A stretch of DNA of 64,000 bases from a virus (lineage: Duplodnaviria; Caudoviricetes). How positions within the stretch are numbered: position 1 is the stretch's first letter; every line of letters starts with the position of its first letter. The position numbers and the translations under genes are program-made. Positions 36,904 through 46,100 of this stretch are shown piece by piece. The notes under the pieces are model-generated. The model was not told the origin of the DNA and did no database searches. It saw only the letters and a program-made list of their open reading frames with translations. The stretch is from IMG/VR virus record IMGVR_UViG_3300025073_000989, one strand, 5' to 3'.

Positions 36904-37824
36904 ATGGATAATAAAGATTTAGAAATACCAGAAGTACAATTCAATAAAGAAAAACTTTCACTTGGTTACCAACACGGACACAATAGAGTTACTTATTTTT
37001 TATACACCGATGATGGGCCACCAGACTATGTACCAAAAGATCCAGTAAAAGAATTTTCTGCCAAAAAACGTGTTAGTATATGCTTTTCGTTAGCTCTTGA
37101 TGAAATTTTAGATGCGAAAAATGATAAACCTATAAACAGAATGGCTTATTTTATGGAGGAACAGGGATATGAGCTAGGCTATGAGCCAGGAAAGTCTTGC
37201 ATAAAAAAAGCAGTAGTTCAACTTTCTACGGAAGAAAAAGAAGCTTGGGTTAGTATTTGTAAAGAAAACGATACTTTACCTAAATATACCTTTCCAGACA
37301 ACAAGTTAGGACTAGAAAAAGGTGGACACATGGTTGTTGCTTTAGATGATAAAAATATGACCATTGAGTTGTTGTATATTTATTTATCTATGTTAAGATA
37401 CATTCGAGAAGAACCTGGGTTTGTTAGATCGGTAGTATATTTAGTGAATGAAAAAGAGATGAATTTCTTTTTGGCCTTAGTTTTTGCCACTATTATTGCA
37501 GTAAGCCGCACTGGGCATCATATCTTTGATATAAGTAGAAAGTATGGTAGTAAAATCCCAGTTGAAGAATTAGATGTCAACATATCAAGAGCAATAGGAT
37601 TATACAGATTAATTAGAAATCCATTAAAGTACGGTACACCAATTTTCACAGACGGAAAACCAAGTTGGGTATGTTATGAAACAATAACTGGTATAATAAA
37701 CGTAAATGTTAATCTTAAGCCAAAATACTTATTTCATCACAAAGTTGTACAACAAGTTAAAACAGTAACAAAAAGCAAAGAAAATATTGAGAAAATTTTA
37801 CATAAAGTGGTAGGTAGTAAATGA
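36904..37824 (+). CDS. hypothetical protein (306 aa)
   Basis: Long ORF; AGGA RBS. Confidence 0.75.
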   Translation: MDNKDLEIPEVQFNKEKLSLGYQHGHNRVTYFLYTDDGPPDYVPKDPVKEFSAKKRVSICFSLALDEILDAKNDKPINRMAYFMEEQGYELGYEPGKSCIKKAVVQLSTEEKEAWVSICKENDTLPKYTFPDNKLGLEKGGHMVVALDDKNMTIELLYIYLSMLRYIREEPGFVRSVVYLVNEKEMNFFLALVFATIIAVSRTGHHIFDISRKYGSKIPVEELDVNISRAIGLYRLIRNPLKYGTPIFTDGKPSWVCYETITGIINVNVNLKPKYLFHHKVVQQVKTVTKSKENIEKILHKVVGSK

Positions 37825-38048
37825 TAGAATTGATATCTGAACCAGATTTACAGTCTGCTTTCAAAAACGAATTTAAATACAGAATTGTTTGTGAGAAATG
37901 TTCTACTCCAAATAATTTTAAATTAATATTTCCGCAATTTTGTACAATATGTTTAAGTAGGTTTAATTTTACTGGAAACGTTAGATACGATACAATAGAT
38001 AGGTTATTCTTTTGTAAAGACAGACCAAGAATAATAATAATTAAATAG
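37821..38048 (+). CDS. zinc-ribbon paralog family B (divergent)
   Basis: CEKC...CTIC...IDRLFF. Confidence 0.6.
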   Translation: MIELISEPDLQSAFKNEFKYRIVCEKCSTPNNFKLIFPQFCTICLSRFNFTGNVRYDTIDRLFFCKDRPRIIIIK

Positions 38049-38079
38049 AAAAATGTTAACTACTTTAAATAGGTAATAA

Positions 38080-38367
38080 TTGATGAAAAATCCATACAGT
38101 TTACCGGAAACAAAAGAAGAACTAGATGCTTTCTACAAGGATCCAGTAACTTGGTTTAAATCAGCATTAAAAATTCAATGGGATAAAGAAATATTAGTAA
38201 AAAAAGTATCGGTTTTATTTAAGGATGGAGCCTCACTAGAAGATAAAAACAGCCTAGTTGCTTTATTATATACTGCTTTACATGTTATGTATAAAGAAAG
38301 AGCGGAATTAGCAGAATTACTAACAAACTTAAATACCCCTTGTGTTGAAGACTTTCCAGATTGGTAA
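38080..38367 (+). CDS. hypothetical protein
   Basis: ORF in plus-strand run. Confidence 0.65.
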   Translation: MMKNPYSLPETKEELDAFYKDPVTWFKSALKIQWDKEILVKKVSVLFKDGASLEDKNSLVALLYTALHVMYKERAELAELLTNLNTPCVEDFPDW

Positions 38368-38572
38368 CAATATGATAGAAATAGTAATAGCTGGAAATTA
38401 TTTTATAAAAGACGATCGAAAGAGATTTAAATGTCCACATTGTAATTATGTTAATTATGTGTATGAAGTTTTAAGTCCAAGATGTATATCGTGTAACTTG
38501 TTTCTACCAAGATTTGATTTGATATTGAAACACCTATATGATAGACTACGATGGGCAGTAAAAGATAATTAA
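38342..38572 (+). CDS. zinc-ribbon paralog family B
   Basis: CPHC...CISC...PRF..IL...RLRW. Confidence 0.65.
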   Translation: MLKTFQIGNNMIEIVIAGNYFIKDDRKRFKCPHCNYVNYVYEVLSPRCISCNLFLPRFDLILKHLYDRLRWAVKDN

Positions 38573-38799
38573 AAAAGAACTAAAACTAGGAATTTTTTCC
38601 CGTTAACTGGGAAACTTGGATAAGGACATCAAACTTACTAGCAAAAGCCAATATGGAGCTTGGGGCTGAGAAGTGGCTATTTCTGCTAGTATTAAACCTT
38701 AGACCAAAAAGGAGGAACTGTTTATAATATAAATAAAGTGTATTCTTTATAATTCTATTAAAAAGCAGAAAAAAATTAAACAAACAACGAGGAAGCTCT

Positions 38800-39084
38800 A
38801 TGCTAAGCAGTGATTTTTGGAAGAACAACAAGAAAAAGTTAGTAAGCCTGGTAATGCTTACTATAGTCTATCTAGTAACGTTAAACATTTATTGGTTATT
38901 TAAGGGGTCTTTTGAAGCCCAGCTAGCAACAGGACAACTTGAAGACAGTATCGTCACCTATAGTTTAATCAATAAAGCAATGTATGGAAGTGGTATTGAG
39001 TGGTTAATTACCTTCTGTTTTGGAATAGTAATTTTACCAACGTTAGCAGTAGTTATTTATAATAGCAGAGAAAAAAGTCTATAA
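38800..39084 (+). CDS. membrane protein
   Basis: Two TM helices; GAGG RBS. Confidence 0.7.
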   Translation: MLSSDFWKNNKKKLVSLVMLTIVYLVTLNIYWLFKGSFEAQLATGQLEDSIVTYSLINKAMYGSGIEWLITFCFGIVILPTLAVVIYNSREKSL

Positions 39085-39125
39085 TCTTTTTAAAACACCA
39101 AAAACACTAAATTACGAGGAGAGTT

Positions 39126-39536
39126 ATGAAAAAAGAAAATTTGTTGTTTAATTTGTTGTTTGTAGTAATGTTTTTGTTTATTGGTTTCTGTATCACCACG
39201 TGTGGTCCTGCTAAAATTGAACAATTTGTTACAATAGAATCAAACCAGACAGCCTTTTTAGTACCGCTAGAAGGTGAAACTGAAGGCGGACAACAAAAAC
39301 TTATTTCTATTGACTATTTAAATAAAAATAAAATTGCCGCAAAGAGAATTTCACTACCATTAAGATCTAGAAAAACAGGACATGGTTGGTGGAGGTATGA
39401 GTGGCTTCCAACAATGGGTGTACTTACTGTAAATCGTACACCAGTTACTAGAGAATGGACTAGCGATGTTAAAACCGGCACTACTAATATAGCTGATAAC
39501 TTGTCTCTACCCTACCTTTTTTTTATGGGCCGATAG
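39126..39536 (+). CDS. exported protein, possibly 3'-truncated; stop lies inside tRNA-Arg 5' end
   Basis: Signal-peptide-like N-terminus; GGAG RBS; ends in a T run. Confidence 0.6.
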   Translation: MKKENLLFNLLFVVMFLFIGFCITTCGPAKIEQFVTIESNQTAFLVPLEGETEGGQQKLISIDYLNKNKIAAKRISLPLRSRKTGHGWWRYEWLPTMGVLTVNRTPVTREWTSDVKTGTTNIADNLSLPYLFFMGR

Positions 39537-39602
39537 CTCAGCGGATAGAGCAACAGCCTTCTAAGCTGTAGGCCGAAAGTTCAAATCTTTCTCGGCTCAC
39601 CA
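39527..39602 (+). tRNA. trnR: tRNA-Arg (TCT)
   Basis: Full cloverleaf, ct-TCT-aa loop, encoded CCA. Confidence 0.93.
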
Positions 39603-39607
39603 TAAAT

Positions 39608-39682
39608 GCTCCTGTACCTCAATGGTTAGAGGGCGTGGCTTATAACCGCGTCATCCTAGTTCGACTCTAGGCAGGAGCACCA
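39608..39682 (+). tRNA. trnI: tRNA-Ile (TAT)
   Basis: Full cloverleaf GCTCCTG/CAGGAGC, ct-TAT-aa loop, encoded CCA. Confidence 0.9.
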
Positions 39683-40131
39683 ACACTCAACTTAAACAAA
39701 AAAGGGAGCACACAATGGAAATTAATTTTCAGGAGCTATTAAATAATATTGGCATAACTTCTGAGAGAAGGGGACTAGATGGACGCTTTCTTTAGTTTAG
39801 AAACCCATGAAGAACCAGAAACAAAAACTAAATGGAAAAAAAATAAGAGATAATAAATTTTACTTTTAGTTTTTTTTGTTAATAAGGAACAAATATTATG
39901 ATTAAATGTATTTGTGGCGGGCCGAAATAAATCCGTCAGGGCATGCTGTACTATGTCCGGTCCATGCTGAATGATTAAAAACATGTCAATATATCATGAA
40001 CAAATTGAACAAGAAGTCATCTGTTTTAAATGTAAAAAGAAATTCAAATCAAAAGTTGGCTTAAATGAGGATAAAAATAAAATACCTTGTGAATCCTGTT
40101 GGATAAAAATCTTGCTGGAGAGCAATAAAAA

Positions 40132-40746
40132 ATGAAACGTACTGCTTTATTTACAATGTGCTTGTTAATTTTTTCTTTAAGTTTTACCCCAAACACAGTA
40201 ATGGCAGAAACCAACGTAACAGTGAATTTAGAAGACTTAAGTAAAGATGCAGCAGCCGAGGTTATTAAGAAAAATAAAGAAAAGCAAGAAGTGCCTACAA
40301 CTTTAGAAAAGACTGTGGGTAAAGTCAATGGTTTAGATCCTGAAAATATAAATAAATATGTTGATGTTCTTGGAAACGCATTACAGCGTTTTTGTCAAAT
40401 TCTAAATATCGAAGTTAATTCACTTCTGACCTCAACCGCTGGTATTGGGCTTGCTGCACTCATTGTATGGAATTATGGTGGGGTACAAGTACTAAATATA
40501 GTTGTAGGAATTTTAGCGTCAGCGTTCCTTTATCTAACATTTATACCTGTATGGATTTGGTCATATAGAAAATGCCATTTTAAATACAAAATAGCGCCTT
40601 TTTTCTTCGTATGGTCAAAAAGCAAAGAAGAAATAGCAGAGCCTTTGTTTACAGATGAAGCACGAATGGTTTCTATATTTTTACACGTGATAGTTTTTAT
40701 TATTATGACTGTAATATGTATAGCCTTAGCTTTTGGTGGTTGGTAA
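40132..40746 (+). CDS. secreted/membrane protein
   Basis: Signal peptide (..TVMA-ET) and three TM segments. Confidence 0.75.
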   Translation: MKRTALFTMCLLIFSLSFTPNTVMAETNVTVNLEDLSKDAAAEVIKKNKEKQEVPTTLEKTVGKVNGLDPENINKYVDVLGNALQRFCQILNIEVNSLLTSTAGIGLAALIVWNYGGVQVLNIVVGILASAFLYLTFIPVWIWSYRKCHFKYKIAPFFFVWSKSKEEIAEPLFTDEARMVSIFLHVIVFIIMTVICIALAFGGW

Positions 40747-40752
40747 CACAAA

Positions 40753-40828
40753 GAGTCTGTAGCTCAATTGGTAGAGCAATACGCTTTTAACGTATAGGTT
40801 CCGAGTTCGAGCCTCGGCAGACTCACCA
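40753..40828 (+). tRNA. trnK: tRNA-Lys (TTT)
   Basis: Full cloverleaf, ct-TTT-aa loop, encoded CCA. Confidence 0.94.
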
Positions 40829-40892
40829 GTCGTTTAAATGCCGGTCTAAAAGAAAACCGGTAATTATTAACAAATAACCAAGGAGAAGTATT

Positions 40893-41459
40893 ATGAGTAC
40901 CGGTACTCAGAGACAGAAACAAAAGCCGACAGAGGAGCAAATTGCAAGACGCATTGAAGAGCACAGAGCTAAGAACGCACGTTACATATTTCCAGACCCA
41001 GTAAATGTTGAAGTTACCGCCGAGGATCGCAAATTAGCGGTTGAAATCAGTAGTGAGCCAAAAGACTTGATTATACGTTACCTCAGGAGTTCACCTAGAC
41101 TATCAGTAACAGCAGAAAAAGGCAAAAAACTTACATATTCAGTGGTTCCAGGAGAAATTCGAGGGGCACTAGTAGCTTTTGTTAAAAATGATAGGTTATA
41201 TATCGGTTGGTCAAAAAGAAATGAAAGCTACGAAGCTATAGGAAAGCCGGTCGAAACTTTAGTAAGCTCCAAACAGAGAGCACTTTATACTGCTTGTCTT
41301 AGAGCACTAAAGGATACAATTACAATGGGGGTAAAGCAATATGCCCAAACCAGCGCGGGTAACATTATTCCGGCAAGTGTAGTAAAAAATACGCCTAATT
41401 TTGCAGCACGAGCAATTAGATATTTTAAAAAAGATTTGTATAATGTAAAACTTACCTAA
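40893..41459 (+). CDS. hypothetical protein
   Basis: AAGGAG RBS. Confidence 0.75.
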   Translation: MSTGTQRQKQKPTEEQIARRIEEHRAKNARYIFPDPVNVEVTAEDRKLAVEISSEPKDLIIRYLRSSPRLSVTAEKGKKLTYSVVPGEIRGALVAFVKNDRLYIGWSKRNESYEAIGKPVETLVSSKQRALYTACLRALKDTITMGVKQYAQTSAGNIIPASVVKNTPNFAARAIRYFKKDLYNVKLT

Positions 41460-41489
41460 ACTAAATATACAATTATAATTAATAAAAAT

Positions 41490-41521
41490 AATAACGGGAG
41501 CCAATATTGGTTCCCGTTATT
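41490..41521 (+). terminator. intrinsic terminator-like hairpin
   Basis: aataacgggagccaa-ta-ttggttcccgttatt followed by an AT tract. Confidence 0.7.
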
Positions 41522-41598
41522 ATTTAAATATTTGAAGGAGCTTTAATGTCAATTATAAATATTCATAGGCCTAAAATTGATCTATCGGCTCTGGTGTC

Positions 41599-42042
41599 TT
41601 GGAATATATATATCCAAGCCTAAAATTAGGGTTTGATTTACATGGTGTAATAGATGCTGATCCTGAGAGATTTAAACTTATCCTGGTTGAACTTATAAAA
41701 CAAAGACATTCTATATTTGTAATATCCGGTCCACCTAGTGTAGATATCATTTTAAAATTAAATAGACTTGGTATAAAAACCGAACCTTTTTTTTCTAACG
41801 ATGGTAGTGTTTTAGTTGAATTTAAAGTATTATCTATAGTAGATTTTCTTAAAAGCAAAAACATTAAAATGAATCAAGATGAAAAAGGCAATTGGTGGAC
41901 TGACCAAATGAATTGGTGGTCATCAAAAGCCCATATATGTGAAGAAAACGATATTGATTATCATTTTGATGATACCTTTACCTATGCTCAATTTTTTCAT
42001 GGGATAAAAACAAAGTTTGTTCACGTAAACAATAAACAGTGA
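41599..42042 (+). CDS. HAD-like hydrolase fold protein
   Basis: GFDLHGVID N-terminal and HFDD C-terminal motifs; start uncertain. Confidence 0.55.
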   Translation: MEYIYPSLKLGFDLHGVIDADPERFKLILVELIKQRHSIFVISGPPSVDIILKLNRLGIKTEPFFSNDGSVLVEFKVLSIVDFLKSKNIKMNQDEKGNWWTDQMNWWSSKAHICEENDIDYHFDDTFTYAQFFHGIKTKFVHVNNKQ

Positions 42043-42082
42043 CTTTTTAAACTAACCTCCTAATTTTAAAGGGGGAAATTCC

Positions 42083-42463
42083 ATGAAAAAAATAGATGCT
42101 GTAACTAAGTTAGCACTTCTTGCGTCTCTATCGGAAACTTATTGTGAGTTAAATCACGGTCCCGATACAGATGACCAGAGGCCTAAAGCTGTAAATTATA
42201 TTGTACAAACTTTAGCACAGGCTGAAACAGACGGTGATCATAAAAACACAAAACACCTTGTAATACCAGTATGTCAAGGCTGTTTAGACGGTATAGAAAG
42301 TGAAGAGTGGTTACTTATTTATTGTTTACAATGTAATAAAAATCACTGGATAAATAAAAGCCTTGCTAAAAATGAATACGGTGGTTATAATATAATATGG
42401 CTTTGTGGTTGTCACGAATGCTTAGCTGTAAATGAAAAAACCAAAGCCGTTTACTTTTCATAA
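42083..42463 (+). CDS. Cys-rich zinc-binding protein
   Basis: CQGC, CLQC, CGCHEC; GGGGG RBS. Confidence 0.7.
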   Translation: MKKIDAVTKLALLASLSETYCELNHGPDTDDQRPKAVNYIVQTLAQAETDGDHKNTKHLVIPVCQGCLDGIESEEWLLIYCLQCNKNHWINKSLAKNEYGGYNIIWLCGCHECLAVNEKTKAVYFS

Positions 42464-42486
42464 GATAAAGAAAAAGCTAAATTTCT

Positions 42487-42545
42487 AATGGTGAAAGATA
42501 GGGTTACTTCCTTCTAACGAAACCTACCTTATCTGCTGATTCCTT
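42487..42545 (+). ncRNA. short Y-RNA-like unit 1
   Basis: AATGGTG...GTTACTTC...ATTCCTT frame shared with two downstream units; stem agatagg/ccttatct. Confidence 0.6.
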
Positions 42546-42581
42546 AGAGATTTAGCACTCAAAAAATACTTAAAGTTTGCC

Positions 42582-42707
42582 AATGGTGTAGAAAAGAGAT
42601 ACTTCATTCCAAGAGCCGGTCAGTAGTTCGAATCTACTTAGGTCAGCAGTGGCCTATAACTCAGCTGGTAGAGTTGCTCTCCAAAAGCCTTTTTTCGCTT
42701 ATTCCTT
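42582..42707 (+). ncRNA. yrlA: Y RNA with tRNA-like domain (YrlA type)
   Basis: T arm agtag-TTCGAAT-ctact (42622-42638), closed acceptor-like stem taggtca/tggccta, then D arm actc-agctGGta-gagt: permuted tRNA order T-AS-D, next to a Ro60 gene. Confidence 0.8.
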
Positions 42708-42737
42708 GACAAACTTTATATTAATTTAGTTATACAT

Positions 42738-42799
42738 AATGGTGTATAATTTGGTTACTTCACTTGGACTGAAAAAAATACCAAATTAGATTGTTCCTT
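42738..42799 (+). ncRNA. short Y-RNA-like unit 3
   Basis: AATGGTG...GTTACTTC...GTTCCTT; stem taatttgg/ccaaatta. Confidence 0.6.
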
Positions 42800-42874
42800 A
42801 TGTATATCTATACCTAAGAACCGGGTACTAATAACAAGTAAGCTTTTAACAAGTAAATTTTGGAGACAAAAACG

Positions 42875-44206
42875 ATGGCAAAAACAAATGTACCTCGTCA
42901 GGCAATATACACACATCAAGGAGCAAAATCAAAACATATTAGTCCGGAACAGCTGTTACGGCGATCAGTCATGAGCTGCTTATTGTGGGAAAACGAGTTT
43001 TATGAAGATGGTGAAACAATAGCTACAAGAATAGCAAATACCATTGCTCTAGTTGCTCCTGAAAAGGTAGCTTTAATAGCTATCGAAGCCAGAGAAAAAA
43101 TGAAATTAAGGCATATACCTTTATTTATAGTACGTGAAATGGCAAAACTTAATACACATAAATATTTAGTTTCACATACTTTAAATAGAATAATTCAACG
43201 AGCAGACGAACTTACAGAATTTCTAGCATTGTATTGGAAGGACGGTAAACGGCCGATTTCTGCGCAAGTTAAGAAAGGATTAGCTTCTGCTTTTTCTAAG
43301 TTTAATGAATATTCATTAGCAAAGTATAATAGTGATGGAGAAATAAAACTAAGGGATGTTCTTTTTCTTTCTCATGCTAAACCAAAAGATGAAGAACAGG
43401 CTACTTTATGGAAACGCTTAATAAACAACGAACTTGTTGTTCCAGACACTTGGGAAGTATCTCTATCTGCTGGAAAAGATAGAAAAGAAACTTGGGAGCG
43501 TTTAATAAACGAAGATAAACTTGGCGGTTTGGCTTTTTTGCGCAATTTAAGAAACATGAAAGCTGCTGGTGTTTCAGAAGATATTGTTTTTTATGGTCTA
43601 AATAAACTAAATGTAGAAAGAATTTTACCTTTTCGTTTTATTACTGCGGCTAGATATGCTCCCCAGTGGGAAGATGAAATCGAAACAGTGATGTTGAAAT
43701 GTCTAGAAAGCAAAAATAAACTAAAAGGAACTACAGCACTACTTATTGATAGATCAGGTAGTATGTGTAGAAAACTATCCGAAAAATCAGAACTTTCAAG
43801 ATATGATGCTGCTTGTGGACTGGCCGTACTAGTAAGAGAAGTAGCAGAGCATGTAAAGATATATACGTTTTGTGGAGGATCTGGTCGTACAGATATTCCA
43901 TTTGAGCTGTTACATATTCCACCAAGAAGAGGTTTCGGTTTAACGGCCGCCCTAGGGTCCTACAAAAACGCAGGAACTATGCTTGGAAGAGCAACTACTG
44001 AACTATATCAAAAAGATAATTTTGATAGACTAATTGTATTAACCGATGAACAGAGCCAAGATAAAGTACCAGATCCTAAAGGATTGGCTTATATGATAAA
44101 TGTAGCCTCTGCCAGAAACGGTGTAGGTTATGGTCCGTGGATTCACATCGATGGCTGGTCAGAAGCAGTAGTTGATTTTATTGAAACACTAGAAACAGTT
44201 AATTAG
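42875..44206 (+). CDS. rsr: Ro60/Rsr RNA-binding protein (TROVE + vWA)
   Basis: LRRSVMSCLLWENEFYEDG, RADELTEFLA, KFNEYSLAKY, TWEVSLS, AFLRNLRNM, vWA MIDAS LIDRSGSM, LTDEQS; GGAG RBS before ATG 42875. Confidence 0.92.
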   Translation: MAKTNVPRQAIYTHQGAKSKHISPEQLLRRSVMSCLLWENEFYEDGETIATRIANTIALVAPEKVALIAIEAREKMKLRHIPLFIVREMAKLNTHKYLVSHTLNRIIQRADELTEFLALYWKDGKRPISAQVKKGLASAFSKFNEYSLAKYNSDGEIKLRDVLFLSHAKPKDEEQATLWKRLINNELVVPDTWEVSLSAGKDRKETWERLINEDKLGGLAFLRNLRNMKAAGVSEDIVFYGLNKLNVERILPFRFITAARYAPQWEDEIETVMLKCLESKNKLKGTTALLIDRSGSMCRKLSEKSELSRYDAACGLAVLVREVAEHVKIYTFCGGSGRTDIPFELLHIPPRRGFGLTAALGSYKNAGTMLGRATTELYQKDNFDRLIVLTDEQSQDKVPDPKGLAYMINVASARNGVGYGPWIHIDGWSEAVVDFIETLETVN

Positions 44207-44222
44207 ATAAAGGAGAAGGATA

Positions 44223-44711
44223 ATGAAAATTATAGAAGGTCTTAGGAAGATCAAACAGCTTGATAGAAAAATTAAAAAAAATATCTTAAGGATTACGGAT
44301 TGGTCGTCTTATTTAGATAACATCGACCAAGCAGAAAAACCATTGTACGGTAAAGAAGAGTTACGGGTAATGATTCAGCAAATAGGAGATTGGTCTAAGG
44401 AAAAGGCGCGTATACGGCACAATATACATATAACCAACGCTTTAAAGAAGGTTATTTTCAAGGGTACGGAAATTACAGTAGATGAACTTTTACTTTTACA
44501 AAGTACTACTATTCCAGATATGCTAGCTGCACACAAAGCGCTAAATCGCAAAGATAAAGGGCGATTTGGTGTTCAAGACGTAAAGACAGTAGTAAGGTTA
44601 CAGTACGACCCAAAAGAAAAAGAAGTTGTAGTTGATAGTCTATTAAATGATTTAGAAATTATCGGTGATATCTTAGATAGAGTAACTTTAGAAACTGATA
44701 TTATTGAATAA
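44223..44711 (+). CDS. coiled-coil protein, DIP1984-like (tentative)
   Basis: MKIIEGLRKIKQLDRKI N-terminus and L..L...N/T C-terminal helix recall that family; family call unverified. Confidence 0.5.
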   Translation: MKIIEGLRKIKQLDRKIKKNILRITDWSSYLDNIDQAEKPLYGKEELRVMIQQIGDWSKEKARIRHNIHITNALKKVIFKGTEITVDELLLLQSTTIPDMLAAHKALNRKDKGRFGVQDVKTVVRLQYDPKEKEVVVDSLLNDLEIIGDILDRVTLETDIIE

Positions 44712-44728
44712 GCAACAAAAGTAAAAAG

Positions 44729-44947
44729 ATTTATACCTCTGATGGTAAAATTGATAAAAAGAAACTTTTACATTGGCGAGTGGGACCACCCACAATTGTG
44801 AGAATTGTGATTCAGGATTTGATTGTTAAGATTTAAAAATGCCACCGTGCTATGTTGATTTCCAAATAAAAATCCTAAATCTGGAAAAAAAAGTTTTTAG
44901 AAAGTTTCTCTCTCTTCAATACCAGTTAGGCAGTCAGAGGTATAAAT
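44729..44947 (+). ncRNA. candidate ~220-nt structured RNA
   Basis: Perfect 14-bp closing helix atttatacctctga/tcagaggtataaat with nested agaaacttt/aaagtttct and ggattt/aaatcc plus hairpins; no ORF. Confidence 0.7.
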
Positions 44948-44969
44948 TTTCAATTTATAGGAATTTGAA

Positions 44970-45419
44970 ATTGAAAAACTTCGAGCTTTAAGTAATAGCC
45001 TTGATACTACCACACAACACTATTCTACATGTACAGAAATTATTGATGAATTAGTAAAGCTGCGTCAACGGTGTTACCCATCAAGAGTAGTAATAGTAGA
45101 TGGTATCGGCCATTATGTTAGTACGGCAATTGCTGAAGAAATTGAGCGATTACGCAGCAAACTTGATGACCTTGATAAAAAAGAAAATCTTAACAAAGAA
45201 AACTGTTCTTTACCGATAAGAGGGTTAACTCCCTACTCCATAAGAAAGACAAGATTTTGGTTTTTTTATTATAAATTTGAAATTCTTTTTGATGAAGACC
45301 CTATCTATAGTGTTATAAGTGGTTCTTCTTGCTATAGTGAAATAAAACAAATTTGTGCTGCGTTGAATGGTGCTTTTAATTTAGAATATTCAGAAAGGGT
45401 ACTAGATCAACTTAAGTGA
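44970..45419 (+). CDS. hypothetical protein with probable ATT start (missed by ORF track)
   Basis: 150-codon open frame, AGGA 7 nt upstream, stop overlaps next start (GTGA). Confidence 0.55.
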   Translation: MEKLRALSNSLDTTTQHYSTCTEIIDELVKLRQRCYPSRVVIVDGIGHYVSTAIAEEIERLRSKLDDLDKKENLNKENCSLPIRGLTPYSIRKTRFWFFYYKFEILFDEDPIYSVISGSSCYSEIKQICAALNGAFNLEYSERVLDQLK

Positions 45420-45793
45420 TTTGTTATCATGTACTGGAGACACTTATGTTGCCCAAAAAAATTGAAGACATAGTAAAACCGGTTGTTGAAAAGTTTGTTG
45501 CTGAAAGAAATGGCTTTTATCGAAAACATTGCAGCGATATTCTGCTTACCTCTTTAATAGTTTTTCAGCTTGGGCTTCCCTCGCGCCGCGACGAAAACAA
45601 AACAGTCGCGGAAGTTATTATCAAAGGCGATCAAAATGAAGCCTACGGCGCTGTTTGCTGGCTTTTTGAAAGCATTCTAGAAGGCAACTGTTGTGCTGGT
45701 GGTAACGGGCATCACGTTGCCCAAAAATTTGCTGCAGCAATGGATGTGCTGCGGTGTAATATTGACGTTGGAAGAGAAAATGATTCAGACTAA
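45416..45793 (+). CDS. hypothetical protein
   Basis: ORF in plus-strand run. Confidence 0.65.
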   Translation: MICYHVLETLMLPKKIEDIVKPVVEKFVAERNGFYRKHCSDILLTSLIVFQLGLPSRRDENKTVAEVIIKGDQNEAYGAVCWLFESILEGNCCAGGNGHHVAQKFAAAMDVLRCNIDVGRENDSD

Positions 45794-45812
45794 AGAGCTA
45801 GTAAAATAACAA

Positions 45813-45885
45813 GGAGATGTATTTCAAAGGGGAGAATGTTGGCCAGTTGGGCGTGAAGGTGTAAGTTCGAATCTTGCCATCTTTT
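45813..45885 (+). pseudogene. degenerate tRNA
   Basis: GGAGATG/CATCTTT acceptor and GTTCGAATC T loop, but broken anticodon arm and no CCA. Confidence 0.55.
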
Positions 45886-45904
45886 TGTTTAAAAATAATA
45901 TAAT

Positions 45905-45991
45905 GCATCTATGGCGGAACTGGTAGACGCCTGGGACTTAAAATCCCATGGGTATACGCCCGTCCCGGTTCGACTCCGGGTAGGTGCACCA
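45905..45991 (+). tRNA. trnL: tRNA-Leu (TAA)
   Basis: Class II cloverleaf, ct-TAA-aa loop, encoded CCA. Confidence 0.94.
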
Positions 45992-45994
45992 TTA

Positions 45995-46072
45995 CTGCGT
46001 GTAGCTCAGTCTGGCCAGAGTACGTGCCTTGGACGCACGAAGTCGTTCGTTCGAATCGAACCACGCAGACCA
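45995..46072 (+). tRNA. trnP: tRNA-Pro (TGG)
   Basis: C1-G72, A73, ct-TGG-ac loop, encoded CCA. Confidence 0.9.
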
Positions 46073-46100
46073 AAACAAAACTAAAAAATAGGACAATACT

